Position numbers and translations under genes: made by a program. Below are positions 9,969 to 23,389 of a DNA stretch of 50,860 bases, piece by piece; position 1 is the stretch's first letter; each line of letters starts with the position of its first letter. Source of the stretch: Candidatus Latescibacterota bacterium (GTDB lineage Bacteria > Latescibacterota > UBA2968 > GCA-2709665); NCBI GenBank assembly GCA_963662665.2, contig CAXXJS010000065.1:1-50860 (forward strand). The letters are read 5' to 3'. The notes beneath the pieces are model-generated. The model was given only the letters and a program-made list of their open reading frames with translations, had not been told where the DNA came from and made no database searches.

Positions 9969-12653
9969 CTATGCTGTCAGAATTCCGTTTCCGGCGACAA
10001 TGGCCGGTGCGTCGGAGTCAAACCGGACCTCCACAAAATCCGTCTCCTCTTCCAGAACGATTGAGGCATTGCCAACGTTAACGGAACTGCCATTGCATAA
10101 TGCGATAGCATACACCTCGCCGTCTCGCCCCTCTCGAACCATACACAGCTCGCCGTCGGTCCGGATGTCCCTGTCCTTCTGCAACATCCACCCGTCCTTC
10201 CGCCCCGTGTTTTCTGCGTCCCTGGCCAGGATCACGTCCCGACGCCCGTCTGCGAGTTCGATTTCCACGGCCACGTCCCCCACCTGGCTTCGGTCTCCCG
10301 CAGCCTCTTCCACGGGTATTCGCCTGATACCGGAGATTGAGGGCGACCCGTCATAGGCTTCGATGACCCCGACAAACGTGGACGCAAGCGGCTCGGCATC
10401 AGACTGCCGTCGCACCATCAACCTGGGAATCCAGCCCGTCTCGTTGCCGCCAAAACCGCGCAGCGCAACCCAGGCCTCGGCAGTAGAGGCCTCCGCCTCT
10501 GCCGTCAGATCGGTATACCTCAGGTGGATATCACGGTTCCCCTCCAGGTACTCGTACCGGTCCTCAACCTTCCAGTCCACGTGCCAGCCTGCAGCCGGAC
10601 GTGCGTCGCGCATGAAATTCCGCATCTGCGTTTCGTAACCGTAATCCGGCGCCGGCGCCAGGGAAAGGCCCCGGGTTGAAATTGTACCGAAATGGCTGTG
10701 CATGAACTTCGCGTGGTCCCGTCCGCCGCTGACGCGGAACACGTCGAGGACGTAGCTGCTGTCCTCGGAGACGTCCACCATTGCCACGGTGCGTTCATAG
10801 CGCGGGATCCGGTAGAGCGCAGACCCCGTCGCCCGAATTGCCCGAAATGCCTCGCCATCCACCCACAATGGCGATTCACCGTCCGACGGTCGCTCCTGGT
10901 CCTTTCCGTCCACAACCACGGTGTTGTGACCGGCGGTACTTACGTACCAGTGGAATTTCGGCCCGCTCCACCCCCCGAAATGTACGGGCGGGTATCCGAA
11001 ATCGGGCATCAGATCCAGGCCCATTGCGAACAATCCCAGGTTCATCCCGTCGGCATGCCCGTGGGCTCCGCCGGAATCGTAGTCAAGCCACGCCGCGCGG
11101 CGGCTGTCGCCCCTACCCGATCGAAGCACGGCCAGCCGCCATTCCTTCTTGTTAACGCCGCCCTGTTCGATCTCCGTTCCGTGAGCGTCTATTACCGCCT
11201 GCACTTCGCTCTGAAACGCCGCCGGATCGTCCGCAAACAGATCACGAGGCAACTCCTCAACGGTATTCCCGTTGGACTGGAACAGTGCCTGCACATACGC
11301 CGCGTCGCCGGTTTCAATGTACAGGCGCCACAGAAATGCGAACATCGACGGCTCCAGTCCCGGGTCATCCGAGAAGGGAACGCCCATATAGGTTTCGACT
11401 CTGGTCGCGAAGGATCCTGTGTCGCCCACCTGGGGGTAGTATTGCTGGAGGCACCACGTGTCGATATGAAACCGATAGGTCTGCCCCAGCTTCGGATGTC
11501 TGGCCAGCATGTCTCCAAGAAATCCCGCGTCGACCCGGCTGAACCGCGCCAGAAACTGGGCCAGGCTCTGAATAACGCCGGAACAGTAACCCGCGAGGCC
11601 CTTTTCGCCCGTCACCCCGTCGACGGCCGTCGCGCGTTCCATCATCTCGTCGATCAATCCATATACCTTCTCCCGGTTTCCCTCCCAGTCCAGGACCGAA
11701 TGAATCGTAATCAGCGCGATTTCCTTGCGGGGATAGTTGGAACGGATACGATCGTGGTTCTCAACCGTATCCTGCAATATTCCCTCCTCGATATGGCGCG
11801 TCACGTCCTCGGGAGAATCCTTGCCCGCCCCGATGCCATACTTCGCAGCCTTTTCGCTCAGAGAACCCGCCAGCGCATCGTCGCCCCGCAGCGCATCTCT
11901 AATCTGGTCGTACGCCTGCGCCAGTTCGCGGGCCTCCTCGCACGCGTCGTGCCAGGTGGACACGTACCCGGCATGCGCCGGGCCTTCGTACATCATCGCC
12001 TGATCTTTGAAATTATACGTCGTATACAGATCCGCCACGCGGTCCAGCAGTACCCCCGCCCTGTGCGCATACTCCGGGCCGCCGGTTGCCGCATAAGCCG
12101 CCGCCAGCGCCTTGATGCCGCCATGAACGACTTGCTTCCATTGCCCGTAAACAAGGTACGTTCCGACGAACCACCAGGTGTTCCCGCCCTCCCGGAACCC
12201 CTCGCCGTCGTCCACGCCAAACCGGTGCAGCGGATCGCCAGGGTCCGGGTGCTCCGTATTGAATAACAGCGAACGGTCCGCCAGGTCGTGCTGAAACACG
12301 CCGTGTTCGTCCAGGCCGGACCGGTAGAACGCATGGAAGTCGTTCTTCGGGAACAATTCATCGCAGTGCGGGCATTGAAGTTTCCACGGAAGACGCAACG
12401 CCCGGATGCGCCAATTGTACATCGGCACACCCTCTTTGCACGCCGGGCAGTGCCCGTTCGACCAGACCATCCAGGACCTTCGGATGGTACTTCCGAACAT
12501 CAGGTCCCACAGCTCATCGTCCGAAAACGCCATCCACGGCCGTGCGGCCTCGACGATCCGGTCCCTCGACCGTTTCGCCCAGACGTGGTCTTCCGCGTTG
12601 CGCTTTGCCTTCTCGATCAACTCCGCCGGGTAGAACAAACTGCCCTTGCTCAC
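9969..12653 (-). CDS. Heparinase II/III-like protein
   Basis: GGAHGHADGMNLGLF, PDFGYP, AGHNTVVVDG, YERTVAMV..YVLDVFRV; N-terminal CPAC/CPHC. Confidence 0.85.
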   Translation of the reverse strand: MSKGSLFYPAELIEKAKRNAEDHVWAKRSRDRIVEAARPWMAFSDDELWDLMFGSTIRRSWMVWSNGHCPACKEGVPMYNWRIRALRLPWKLQCPHCDELFPKNDFHAFYRSGLDEHGVFQHDLADRSLLFNTEHPDPGDPLHRFGVDDGEGFREGGNTWWFVGTYLVYGQWKQVVHGGIKALAAAYAATGGPEYAHRAGVLLDRVADLYTTYNFKDQAMMYEGPAHAGYVSTWHDACEEARELAQAYDQIRDALRGDDALAGSLSEKAAKYGIGAGKDSPEDVTRHIEEGILQDTVENHDRIRSNYPRKEIALITIHSVLDWEGNREKVYGLIDEMMERATAVDGVTGEKGLAGYCSGVIQSLAQFLARFSRVDAGFLGDMLARHPKLGQTYRFHIDTWCLQQYYPQVGDTGSFATRVETYMGVPFSDDPGLEPSMFAFLWRLYIETGDAAYVQALFQSNGNTVEELPRDLFADDPAAFQSEVQAVIDAHGTEIEQGGVNKKEWRLAVLRSGRGDSRRAAWLDYDSGGAHGHADGMNLGLFAMGLDLMPDFGYPPVHFGGWSGPKFHWYVSTAGHNTVVVDGKDQERPSDGESPLWVDGEAFRAIRATGSALYRIPRYERTVAMVDVSEDSSYVLDVFRVSGGRDHAKFMHSHFGTISTRGLSLAPAPDYGYETQMRNFMRDARPAAGWHVDWKVEDRYEYLEGNRDIHLRYTDLTAEAEASTAEAWVALRGFGGNETGWIPRLMVRRQSDAEPLASTFVGVIEAYDGSPSISGIRRIPVEEAAGDRSQVGDVAVEIELADGRRDVILARDAENTGRKDGWMLQKDRDIRTDGELCMVREGRDGEVYAIALCNGSSVNVGNASIVLEEETDFVEVRFDSDAPAIVAGNGILTA

Positions 12654-12771
12654 GTTGGTCCCTCCTCATCGGGTTGCGGCGCACGGACAATCCTGCTTGA
12701 TGGTCTGGTCGGGGCGCCCTATTTTTCATTGGAGTCTGACCGGAAATCCCCATCCAACCGGGAGCGAAACC

Positions 12772-13977
12772 ATGCTTATTGCCTCACAGGATTTTCGCTG
12801 GCACGACCTCGGCGAGGGAGCCGGCTACGTTTTCGGAGAGGACGGATACCTCACGATCGACGGTTCACGAGGCCGCGCGCGCTGCTCCCGGGGAATCGAG
12901 AATCCCGTCCGGCGCCTGGAGGATAGCGTTTCGCTGAGGCTACGGGTTGTCCTTGGAAAATGCTACCATATCCTCTTCTACGACGCCCATAGCCGGATTG
13001 CACTGGATTGCCGCATGGACGTCGACGGTCGAATCCACCTCACCGGTGAAAGCGGGACTGTGGACTCCGGCGAGTCATTAACCTTTCACTACGGCAAACC
13101 CTACGCCGATCCGGCCATTCGCGCACCCTACGTGGTGCCGTCCGACGAACACTGTTTCACCTTTGGCGGATTCGATTTCGCGCGGAGAAAGCTTTGGTTC
13201 TCCCTGGACAATAACGATCCGGTCGAAATTTCCAAATGCCTCGGAAAGGGCATTGGAGAACTCAGCAGGATCGAACTGGTTACGTTCTCGGTTGAACCCG
13301 GGAGCATTTTACTCCTTCGGGAATACGCGGAATACCGCGGCGGTTCCCCCGTCTGCAGTGAAACCTTTCCGTTGCACTGGGCGCCGGTTGCTCCGCCGGC
13401 GGACGGCATGCCGGACGACAACGTCTGCGAGACCGTCACGCGCCCCGTCGATTACCGATGGCTGGAGACGGCCACCGGGTACGGCTATGTCAAAGTCCGC
13501 ATACCGAAACTGAAGGTGGGCGCCGTCGAATTTGAGATGAAGCCTTCGGACACAAAGCAGGAGGCCTGCCTCATCCTGGAAGAATACCAGGGTATCATCA
13601 AATACGGGAATATCCAGTTCGGGTTGCTCAGGGGCAAGATAATCATCTGCACCGCCGAAGGCATCACCGAATTCGATCAGCCCGTCGAGGTTGCGGACGG
13701 CAGGGTGTACAGGTTCCGGATTGAATGGGATACGCGGTGCGGCGTGGTCCGCCTCCGGGTCGACGACAAACCGATGACGCACGGAGGGTCGGATCTGTTT
13801 TCCTTTGCCAACCTTCCCGATGAAGGTATCGATACCATCACGCTCCATCCGGGAGACGTGATGGCCAGACGAAGCCTGATGCAGAAACGTCTGGGCGTGA
13901 CGGCCGTGGAGGCGCACACGTCGATCGTACACTGGGGCGCATTCAGGGTATACGACCTTTCTGCTGGAGAAAACTGA
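12772..13977 (+). CDS. Hypothetical beta-rich protein
   Basis: 402-codon ORF, GGGAG RBS before ATG 12772, divergent from the heparinase-like gene; no family recognised. Confidence 0.7.
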   Translation: MLIASQDFRWHDLGEGAGYVFGEDGYLTIDGSRGRARCSRGIENPVRRLEDSVSLRLRVVLGKCYHILFYDAHSRIALDCRMDVDGRIHLTGESGTVDSGESLTFHYGKPYADPAIRAPYVVPSDEHCFTFGGFDFARRKLWFSLDNNDPVEISKCLGKGIGELSRIELVTFSVEPGSILLLREYAEYRGGSPVCSETFPLHWAPVAPPADGMPDDNVCETVTRPVDYRWLETATGYGYVKVRIPKLKVGAVEFEMKPSDTKQEACLILEEYQGIIKYGNIQFGLLRGKIIICTAEGITEFDQPVEVADGRVYRFRIEWDTRCGVVRLRVDDKPMTHGGSDLFSFANLPDEGIDTITLHPGDVMARRSLMQKRLGVTAVEAHTSIVHWGAFRVYDLSAGEN

Positions 13978-14067
13978 CGCCGGCGCGGACGTGGGGAACC
14001 TACCCCCTGTCCCCCTTCCCTTTGGGTGGCGGAGCCGGCGGGAGAGGCCGCGGCACCTGTGCCTGAC

Positions 14068-16530
14068 CTACCGAAATCGTAATTCGTACCTCGAGTCGGG
14101 ATTCACATTAAAAGAGAGGACGTCGTTCTCGACGGACGCGTCGACTTCATCCGCAGGTGCGCCATGATCGTTCAGTCCCCGGACGCGCGCGTTCTCCAGA
14201 CCGGCGCCCCCGATCTCTATTTGCGCGGCGTCGCCGCCTTGGTGTACAAGGAGGTACGCGTCCTCTGCCTGTTTCCGCAGATAGAGCGTTGTCATCCGGT
14301 CCATGCGAATCCCGAAAGTTCCCCGGGAGACCGTTTGAGAGTCGACCAGGTACGTATAGTCGGGCAGACCTCTATTCTGTTCCGGCCGACAACAGAGATA
14401 CGCATACTGACCGTCAAATGAGATATCGCCGAACCGTTTTTCGCCCCAGCAGAATCCCATAAGAAAATAGTGGCGGTTTTTTCCTTTTTCGATCTCCACC
14501 CCCGCCCCCGGTATTCCCGAACCCTCGGGACAGACGTCCGGCCAGCCCACGGCGAGTTCTCGAGACCTGGCGATGGATGGTCTGCCTGCGAACGGTTCCA
14601 GCACGGTCTTGAAAACAGGGTCTCCACCGCCATCCCGCACCAAAACCATCGACACCGTCTCGTCGATCCGTTTGCCGTACCCGTCCCCTGTAAAGTACTC
14701 TCTATCCTCGACCCCGACGGCCGTTATCGCCATCCCCTGGCCATCCCTCGTCCAGGTCGCCCGCCAGCTTTCGCACGATGCCGCGCCGCTCTTTACGTTC
14801 TTTATGTGCTGATACCCATTGCCGTGTCCGAGCGGAGCCTCCCGAGGGGAGAGCTGCTCCCCGGTCCGGAGCAATCCCAGGTTGCGATAGGCCCAGTCGC
14901 AGGAACGGCCGGACCTCACACGGAACACATCTACGATGAACGACTCGTCCAGGAGGGCCACAACACGTCTCAACGCCGGCAGCGGATGGCCGTAAATATC
15001 CTGATCCGTCTGATTGCTGTGCGGGTCGGTTGCCGCCGACGCGTCCATTATTTTCGCCTGCGGGCTGAGATGATAACCATTCATTCGACCGGTGCAGGGG
15101 AAGAGCGACGTTCCGTCGGGTACAACCGTATTGTGGCTGACTGTCTGTTTGTACCATTCCCGCCATTCCTTCAACGCATACGTGCCGCCGTTACCGAAAT
15201 CAGGCGCCTGCAACCGGCCGTTGGCATGAATCACGAGATTCAGCGCATCGGGATGGCCGTGCGAGCCGCCGTGCGGGCCGTAATCCATGGCCACCTGGAT
15301 CCCGTTTCGGCCCCCCGCGCGCAGGATTGCCACATTCGGCGCCAGGTTGACGCTACGAGGCCTTGCGGGCTGGACGGGATCCCACGAGGGCTCGAGTGTG
15401 AGCGAAAGGTCCCACGCCCAGTTCCAACTCGGGTCGTGGGTAACCTGACCCGGCAGTAGCATCGGTTTCACGGAATCGTCGCCGGTTCTTGAAAAATAAA
15501 CCTCCGCATTGACCCTGTGCTGATCGATATGCTGATCGAATACGCCGTCGTTCATCACCGGAAACGTGCCGTCCGGAAATACCATTTGCATCGGCAACCT
15601 GAACATTCGCCTGAACGATTCGTTCCTATAGAGGTCTATGCCCGACCGCCAGGCGGCCTCCGTGAGGTACAGCAGCCACCGGACCACGGCGAGATGGTAC
15701 TGTATGGAAGACTCCCACCACATCCCGTTTTCCAGTACGCCGATCTCCATCAGACGGTTGAAACCGACCGGACCGGCTATCGCGAACGCCGTCAGGCCCG
15801 GGTCCCGGAGGAGCAGCCCCGCAATACCCACACCTGCATCGATCGTAGCCTGGAAATTGGAACCGATCGTCCCGTCCACCACGAACGAGCCCTGCCCCAC
15901 CCGGATCAACTCTGCCGCATTCCGAAAGTAGTCGTTCTCGATGCGACGTCGTTCTTCCACCGACAGAAATCCGCTCGCGGCGACCAGATCGTAAGCCGAC
16001 GCGAACGCGATGAGCAGCCGGACTTCGTCCAGCGCCTCAATACCCAGCCGCGACAGATTCAGCGCGGGTAACGTTGGATAGAGGTCCGCGTTTTCCACGA
16101 GGATTCGCGACGCCTCCCGCGCGAATTTCCTATCGTCGGTTATCGCGTACGTCAGCGCCAGGTCCCTGGACGCAAAGGCGACTTCGTGATGCGCCAGCCT
16201 CCGCCACCAGCCGTCGTACGCCTCTCCGTCATAAACCGTACCACATTTGGGACACCGGTGCGAGTGTGACTCCTTCCTGTCGTATACCAGGTAGTTCCCG
16301 TCGTCGGGGCAGCTGAACGATCTGGAATTCCCGCCGCCCCGGTCCGGCTGCGGTATGGGATCTTCGAGCCACTCCTCCGCCGCCTTCCTGGCTTCGGCGA
16401 ATCGCGCGGCCTGGTACGTCCCTTCCCGATGTGCCAGATTCCTGATCCGCGCCAGTTCCGACGGGGTTAGAAACAGGTAGGGGTGCTCGAGTTCCTCAAG
16501 GGTGATTTCGCTCGTCGATCGCACGTTCAA
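14068..16530 (-). CDS. Heparinase II/III family protein with alginate-lyase-like helical N-terminal domain
   Basis: SNFQ, GMWWESSIQYH, PDGTFPVMND, DYGPHGGSHGHPDALN, SHNTVV; N-terminal CPDD..CPKC. Confidence 0.88.
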   Translation of the reverse strand: MNVRSTSEITLEELEHPYLFLTPSELARIRNLAHREGTYQAARFAEARKAAEEWLEDPIPQPDRGGGNSRSFSCPDDGNYLVYDRKESHSHRCPKCGTVYDGEAYDGWWRRLAHHEVAFASRDLALTYAITDDRKFAREASRILVENADLYPTLPALNLSRLGIEALDEVRLLIAFASAYDLVAASGFLSVEERRRIENDYFRNAAELIRVGQGSFVVDGTIGSNFQATIDAGVGIAGLLLRDPGLTAFAIAGPVGFNRLMEIGVLENGMWWESSIQYHLAVVRWLLYLTEAAWRSGIDLYRNESFRRMFRLPMQMVFPDGTFPVMNDGVFDQHIDQHRVNAEVYFSRTGDDSVKPMLLPGQVTHDPSWNWAWDLSLTLEPSWDPVQPARPRSVNLAPNVAILRAGGRNGIQVAMDYGPHGGSHGHPDALNLVIHANGRLQAPDFGNGGTYALKEWREWYKQTVSHNTVVPDGTSLFPCTGRMNGYHLSPQAKIMDASAATDPHSNQTDQDIYGHPLPALRRVVALLDESFIVDVFRVRSGRSCDWAYRNLGLLRTGEQLSPREAPLGHGNGYQHIKNVKSGAASCESWRATWTRDGQGMAITAVGVEDREYFTGDGYGKRIDETVSMVLVRDGGGDPVFKTVLEPFAGRPSIARSRELAVGWPDVCPEGSGIPGAGVEIEKGKNRHYFLMGFCWGEKRFGDISFDGQYAYLCCRPEQNRGLPDYTYLVDSQTVSRGTFGIRMDRMTTLYLRKQAEDAYLLVHQGGDAAQIEIGGAGLENARVRGLNDHGAPADEVDASVENDVLSFNVNPDSRYELRFR

Positions 16531-16572
16531 TTACACCTTCCATCATCTGACTCCGCGACGGACCGGGCCTTC

Positions 16573-16726
16573 GGGACCTCTCCCGCCTGCCCCCTCACAC
16601 AAAGCCATCAGCTGTCAGCCGTCAGCCAAAAGCGGATTGTCATTCGGTGTGGCGATGCCAATCCTCTACGGCCGCGGTCGCGGGGACCTCTCCCCTCTGC
16701 CCCCTCTCCCGGGGGAGAGGGGGCAG
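16573..16726. repeat. Composite intergenic repeat: heptamer array + G/C REP-like hairpin
   Basis: AGCCATCAGCTGTCAGCCGTCAGCC (~16602-16627); stem CTGCCCCCTCTCCC/GGGAGAGGGGGCAG (16697-16726); partial direct copy at 16573-16596. Confidence 0.75.
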
Positions 16727-16793
16727 GTCCGGCTCCGCGCAGAGGGAATTCTGATGGCATGGCTGTGGAACAGGACGCAGGTTCTCTACGCCG

Positions 16794-17591
16794 TTACTTG
16801 AACCCCAACTCGACGAGCGTTGCCACCATTCCGCGAATTCGCGGGCGTTTACTACCCAGAAACGCATCCTCGTACACACGACCCGACTGTGTGAACTGCA
16901 TGGTTTCCACAAATTTCAGATTGCTCCGATAGACGCGCTTCAGATATGCAATGTGCGCGTCTTCCGTGGGCTTTTCTCCAAAATTGAGCGTGAACATACG
17001 CCTGCCGGTACTGCCTCCAAATGAGGCATGCCACAGGTCCTGATTGAAAAACACCACGTCTCCCGGCCGGGATTCCAGGGGAAAACACGGCACTTCATCG
17101 GGGCCAAGGTCGAAAGGACACGCCTCCGGTTCCTCCCGCTGCCGCGAAAGCGGCCTGAGTTGATCGTGCATCGGAGACACGTGCGACCCTGGAATCACCC
17201 TCAGGCAGCCGGTATTCCTCGACACGGAATCCAGATAAAACGCCACCTTGATCCGGCCGTAACCCGGATCCGACCCGTCCGGATGCCAGCCGGTATCCCC
17301 GACGTACAGATTTCCGTCCGATCCGATCCAGACGAAATCCGGTCCGAGAAGCTCCAGGACGGGACTATAGATCCGGTCGTCTTCCACCAGCCTCGTCAAT
17401 ACGGGGTCTTTCTCGATACATCCCAGCACTGCCTGCCGAGCCTTACCTTCGAACGGGCGTCCCTGCCGGTCTTCATCCAGCACCCTGTCAAAGGCCTGTG
17501 TGATGGCCTCAATCTCCTCCGCGGCAAAATACGAGCGCATCACGAGAAAACCAAAGGTCTCAAAATGAAGTCGCTGCGCAGCGGTCAGCAT
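16794..17591 (-). CDS. Phytanoyl-CoA dioxygenase (PhyH) family protein
   Basis: WHPD, CLRVIPGSH, PGDVVFF..LWHAS: HxD...H facial triad. Confidence 0.92.
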   Translation of the reverse strand: MLTAAQRLHFETFGFLVMRSYFAAEEIEAITQAFDRVLDEDRQGRPFEGKARQAVLGCIEKDPVLTRLVEDDRIYSPVLELLGPDFVWIGSDGNLYVGDTGWHPDGSDPGYGRIKVAFYLDSVSRNTGCLRVIPGSHVSPMHDQLRPLSRQREEPEACPFDLGPDEVPCFPLESRPGDVVFFNQDLWHASFGGSTGRRMFTLNFGEKPTEDAHIAYLKRVYRSNLKFVETMQFTQSGRVYEDAFLGSKRPRIRGMVATLVELGFK

Positions 17592-18015
17592 CGACGTCCT
17601 CCCTCACGGTTTATGTCAAAATCCACTTGATCGCGCCAAATTCCGTAATGCACCGGTGCCACTTTCGAGTACGCGTGATCACGCACGAACGAACGATATG
17701 ATGTTTGATGGAACCTGCGACCGGTCGGATTCGTCAGCTAGATTAAGGAAACAGGTCTTGAGATTGAGTTCATCCACATTCTCCTGCAATGACGCCGCAC
17801 GCCCTACATCAGCATACCCGTACACGCGGAAGCATGTAAAATTCCTTCTGCGAATCAATGGAGGTTTACGCTCTTGACTTTCCGGTTGTATTGGTTAATT
17901 TCAGTTCGGTTTGACGCATAGAATTGTCCAACCGGCATTTCGAACCCCCGGTTGACGGACGGGATCGGCGGAATTTCGACTTCCGCCGTCCGGGGGGAAT
18001 CAAGGAGGCGCTTTC

Positions 18016-19284
18016 GTGCACGTCGCCATAATAGGCAATGGCGTCACCGGTGTTACCGCGGCGATCAGGCTGCGGCGCAAACAGCCCGACTGGCGCATTA
18101 CCCTCATCTCCGGCGAATCCAGGTACCACTACTCCCGGCCGGCTCTAATGTACATTTTCATGGGCCACATGACGTATCAGGGCACCAAACCCTTCGAAGA
18201 CGACTTCTGGTCCATCAACCGTCTCGACCTGCGCCGCGACTGGGTCGCGGGGATCGATGCCGCCCGGAAATGCCTTACGCTGCACCGCGGAGGGGACTTC
18301 CACTTCGACAAATTGCTCATTTCCACCGGCTCCAAATCCAACAAATTCGGATGGCCCGGGCAGGACCTGAAGGGCGTACAGGGCCTCTACTCACTTCAGG
18401 ATCTCCGCACCCTGTACGACAGTGCAAGACACACCCGCCACGCGGTCATCGTCGGCGGCGGCCTCATCGGCATCGAACTCGCCGAAATGCTGCATTCGCG
18501 CAACATCCACGTTACCTTTCTGGTGCGCGAACCGTCTTACTGGAGCAACATCCTCCCGATGGAAGAGTCCGGTATGATCAACGAGATTATCCGGGAACAG
18601 GGCATCGGTTTGAAACTCCAAACCAGTCTGAAGGAGATTCTGGACGACGGGAACGGCAGAGCCTGCGGCGTTGTAACGGAAGACGGCGAACGGCTGGAAT
18701 GCCAATTAGTCGGCCTGACGGCAGGGGTTTCTCCAAATATAGATCTGGTAAGAGAATCCGATATTGAAACCGGCCGGGGCATCCTTGTCGATCACCGTTT
18801 TCAGACCAGCGTTCCGGACATATACGCCGCGGGCGACTGTGCTGAAATCGTCACCGGCGGCGACCGGAATCTCTTGCAACAGGTCTGGTACACCGGCAAG
18901 AAACAGGGCGTAGTCGCGGGCGACGTCATCGCGGGAGAAGACCGTTTGTACGACCCCGGCATCTGGTTCAATTCCGCCAAGTTTCTCGACCTGGAATACC
19001 AGGTCTACGGACGCGTCAACCTCAACGTGACGGGTGAAAGAAATCTCTTCTGGCGGCACCCGAAACAGCGGCAGTCCGTGCGCGTCGTGTACACCGAACA
19101 GGGCGCGATCGGCATCAACGTCATGGGCATGCGCTACCGTCATGAAGTCTGCGAACGCTGGATCTCAGAAGACCGCCCGGTCGAATTCGTCCTGGACCAC
19201 CTGGCGGAAGCCAACTTCGACCCCGAATTCTACGACCGGCACGAATCCGAAATAGTCCCGGCCCTCAGGGAGCAACTGCGATGA
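18016..19284 (+). CDS. FAD/NAD(P)-dependent oxidoreductase (pyridine nucleotide-disulphide family)
   Basis: IIGNGVTG, IVGGGLIGIE, TSVPDIYAAGDC; AAGGAGG RBS. Confidence 0.92.
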   Translation: MHVAIIGNGVTGVTAAIRLRRKQPDWRITLISGESRYHYSRPALMYIFMGHMTYQGTKPFEDDFWSINRLDLRRDWVAGIDAARKCLTLHRGGDFHFDKLLISTGSKSNKFGWPGQDLKGVQGLYSLQDLRTLYDSARHTRHAVIVGGGLIGIELAEMLHSRNIHVTFLVREPSYWSNILPMEESGMINEIIREQGIGLKLQTSLKEILDDGNGRACGVVTEDGERLECQLVGLTAGVSPNIDLVRESDIETGRGILVDHRFQTSVPDIYAAGDCAEIVTGGDRNLLQQVWYTGKKQGVVAGDVIAGEDRLYDPGIWFNSAKFLDLEYQVYGRVNLNVTGERNLFWRHPKQRQSVRVVYTEQGAIGINVMGMRYRHEVCERWISEDRPVEFVLDHLAEANFDPEFYDRHESEIVPALREQLR

Positions 19285-20760
19285 TAGATACAGCCACGCT
19301 CGACTACGACTTCGACGAAGAAACGCTCGGTTTCGAAGAACCGCCCGCACAACCGGCGCCATCGACTTCCTGGCTGGAAAGACTTTCCATTTCGGCCGTC
19401 GCGCTCGGCTTCCTTGCCCTCATTGTCACCCTTCTCGGCCCACTCTCAGGCACCTGGACGGGCATGCTGCTGAGCTTCGGCCTTATCGTACTCGGATCTG
19501 CAGCGTATTTCTGGTCCACCTACCGGAACACGGTTCCCGGCATTAAACACGACGGGATCATGTTCAGCGGCACGACCCACCTGGGCCTTATCGGATGGGG
19601 CCTGGGTATTGTCATCACCGGGTTTTACGTTGTGCTATACTGGTGGCCCGAGTACCTGGAACGTGGCGTCCGGCTGGTGGACCCTCTTTCCCAGGGTCTC
19701 GCCGGCGGTCCTGCGGACAGATGGTTCTTTTACGGTTTCCTGTACACGCTCGCCATCCTCGTGTTCGGCGTCCGTATGTTCATGAAATACCGCCATAACC
19801 GGTACCAGATCATCCGGACCGCATCCGTGATGTTCTTCCAACTGGGCTTCGCCTTTCTCATTCCGCAACTGCTCAAGAGCTTCAACCAGCCCGAATTCTA
19901 TTTTACCTATTTCTGGCCGCTCAAGTACGACTACCTCTTTCCCTCCACCGTGGGCAGCCTGACCAGCCACCCCGGCGCCCTTGGCGTCTTCATGGTCTTC
20001 TGGGGCGCCGCGGCCACCTTCATCGCCACGCCCGTGCTCACCTACTTCTACGGAAAACGCTGGTATTGCTCCTGGGTATGCGGCTGCGGCGGCCTCGCCG
20101 AGACCCTGGGCGACCCCTTTCGTCAACTTTCAAGCAAGTCCACTGACTCGTGGCGGATCGAACGGGGCATCATCTACTCGGTTCTCGTCTTCATCACGGT
20201 CACCACGGTCGCACTCTGGATCAACTCCGCCACGGAGGGACGCGTCTTCGGCCGCCTGTCCGGTCCGCTCGCAAGCGCGTACGGTTTCTACATCGGCGCC
20301 TTGTTTTCCGGTGTCATCGGCGTGGGTTTCTATCCCCTGATGGGCAGCCGCGTGTGGTGCCGTTTCGGCTGTCCGATGGCCGCCATTCTGGGCATCTTCC
20401 AGCGTTTCTTCTCCCGTTTCCGCATCACGACCAACGGGGGCCAGTGCATGTCCTGCGGCAACTGCTCCACGTACTGCGAAATGGGCATCGACGTCCGGGC
20501 CTACGCCCAGCGCGGTGAAAACATCGTACGCGCTTCGTGCGTCGGGTGCGGCATCTGCTCCGCCGTCTGCCCGCGCGGCGTACTGAAACTGGAAAACGGT
20601 TCCACACACGCCGACCGATATCCCGGCGCAGACCAGCCCCTCGCCGCTTTCCAGGAAGCGCTGAGCGCGGCGAAGGTATATGAAGGAAAAAACGGGGCTG
20701 CTGACCCGGATCCCGTCGATCCTGCCCTCCGGAGCCAGCGACGGCCGCTCAGATCTCAAT

Positions 20761-20777
<17 letters not shown>
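19281..20777 (+). CDS. Membrane 4Fe-4S binding protein (NapH/YccM-like)
   Basis: Multiple TM segments, [26 protein letters not shown] and [12 protein letters not shown]; ATGA overlap with the upstream gene. Confidence 0.9.
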
Positions 20778-22989
<2,212 letters not shown>

Positions 22990-23389
22990 TTGCTGTCCTC
23001 TCCTTCCAGTATGAAAAGACCGTGCGTGAGACGGGTCTCGGGCCGCGTCATCCATTGACACGCAGAAATCGCAGCTCGGAATTCTCGCGGCCGGTCCAGA
23101 CGCGGGCGGGCGGGATCCATCATATTTCGCGTTCCCCGGTGCTTCGCGTACTCGAATCCGGCCAGCTTGGAACTGTGCCGGCTGTCCCAGATGTGCTTTG
23201 CAATCTCCATCCGGACAAGCTCGCCAAGCAACGTGGGTTCCCGCCCCGCGGGCCAGGTTTCTTTCTGATTCAGTTCGATTTCCATATACGGGCCAATTTT
23301 CGCACCTCATAACGCGCCGACTCTGGTTCAACCGAAAGCGGTAACAGGGATCATGTTCCCACCCGCCGACCGTGTCAATGCGTGGTCAT

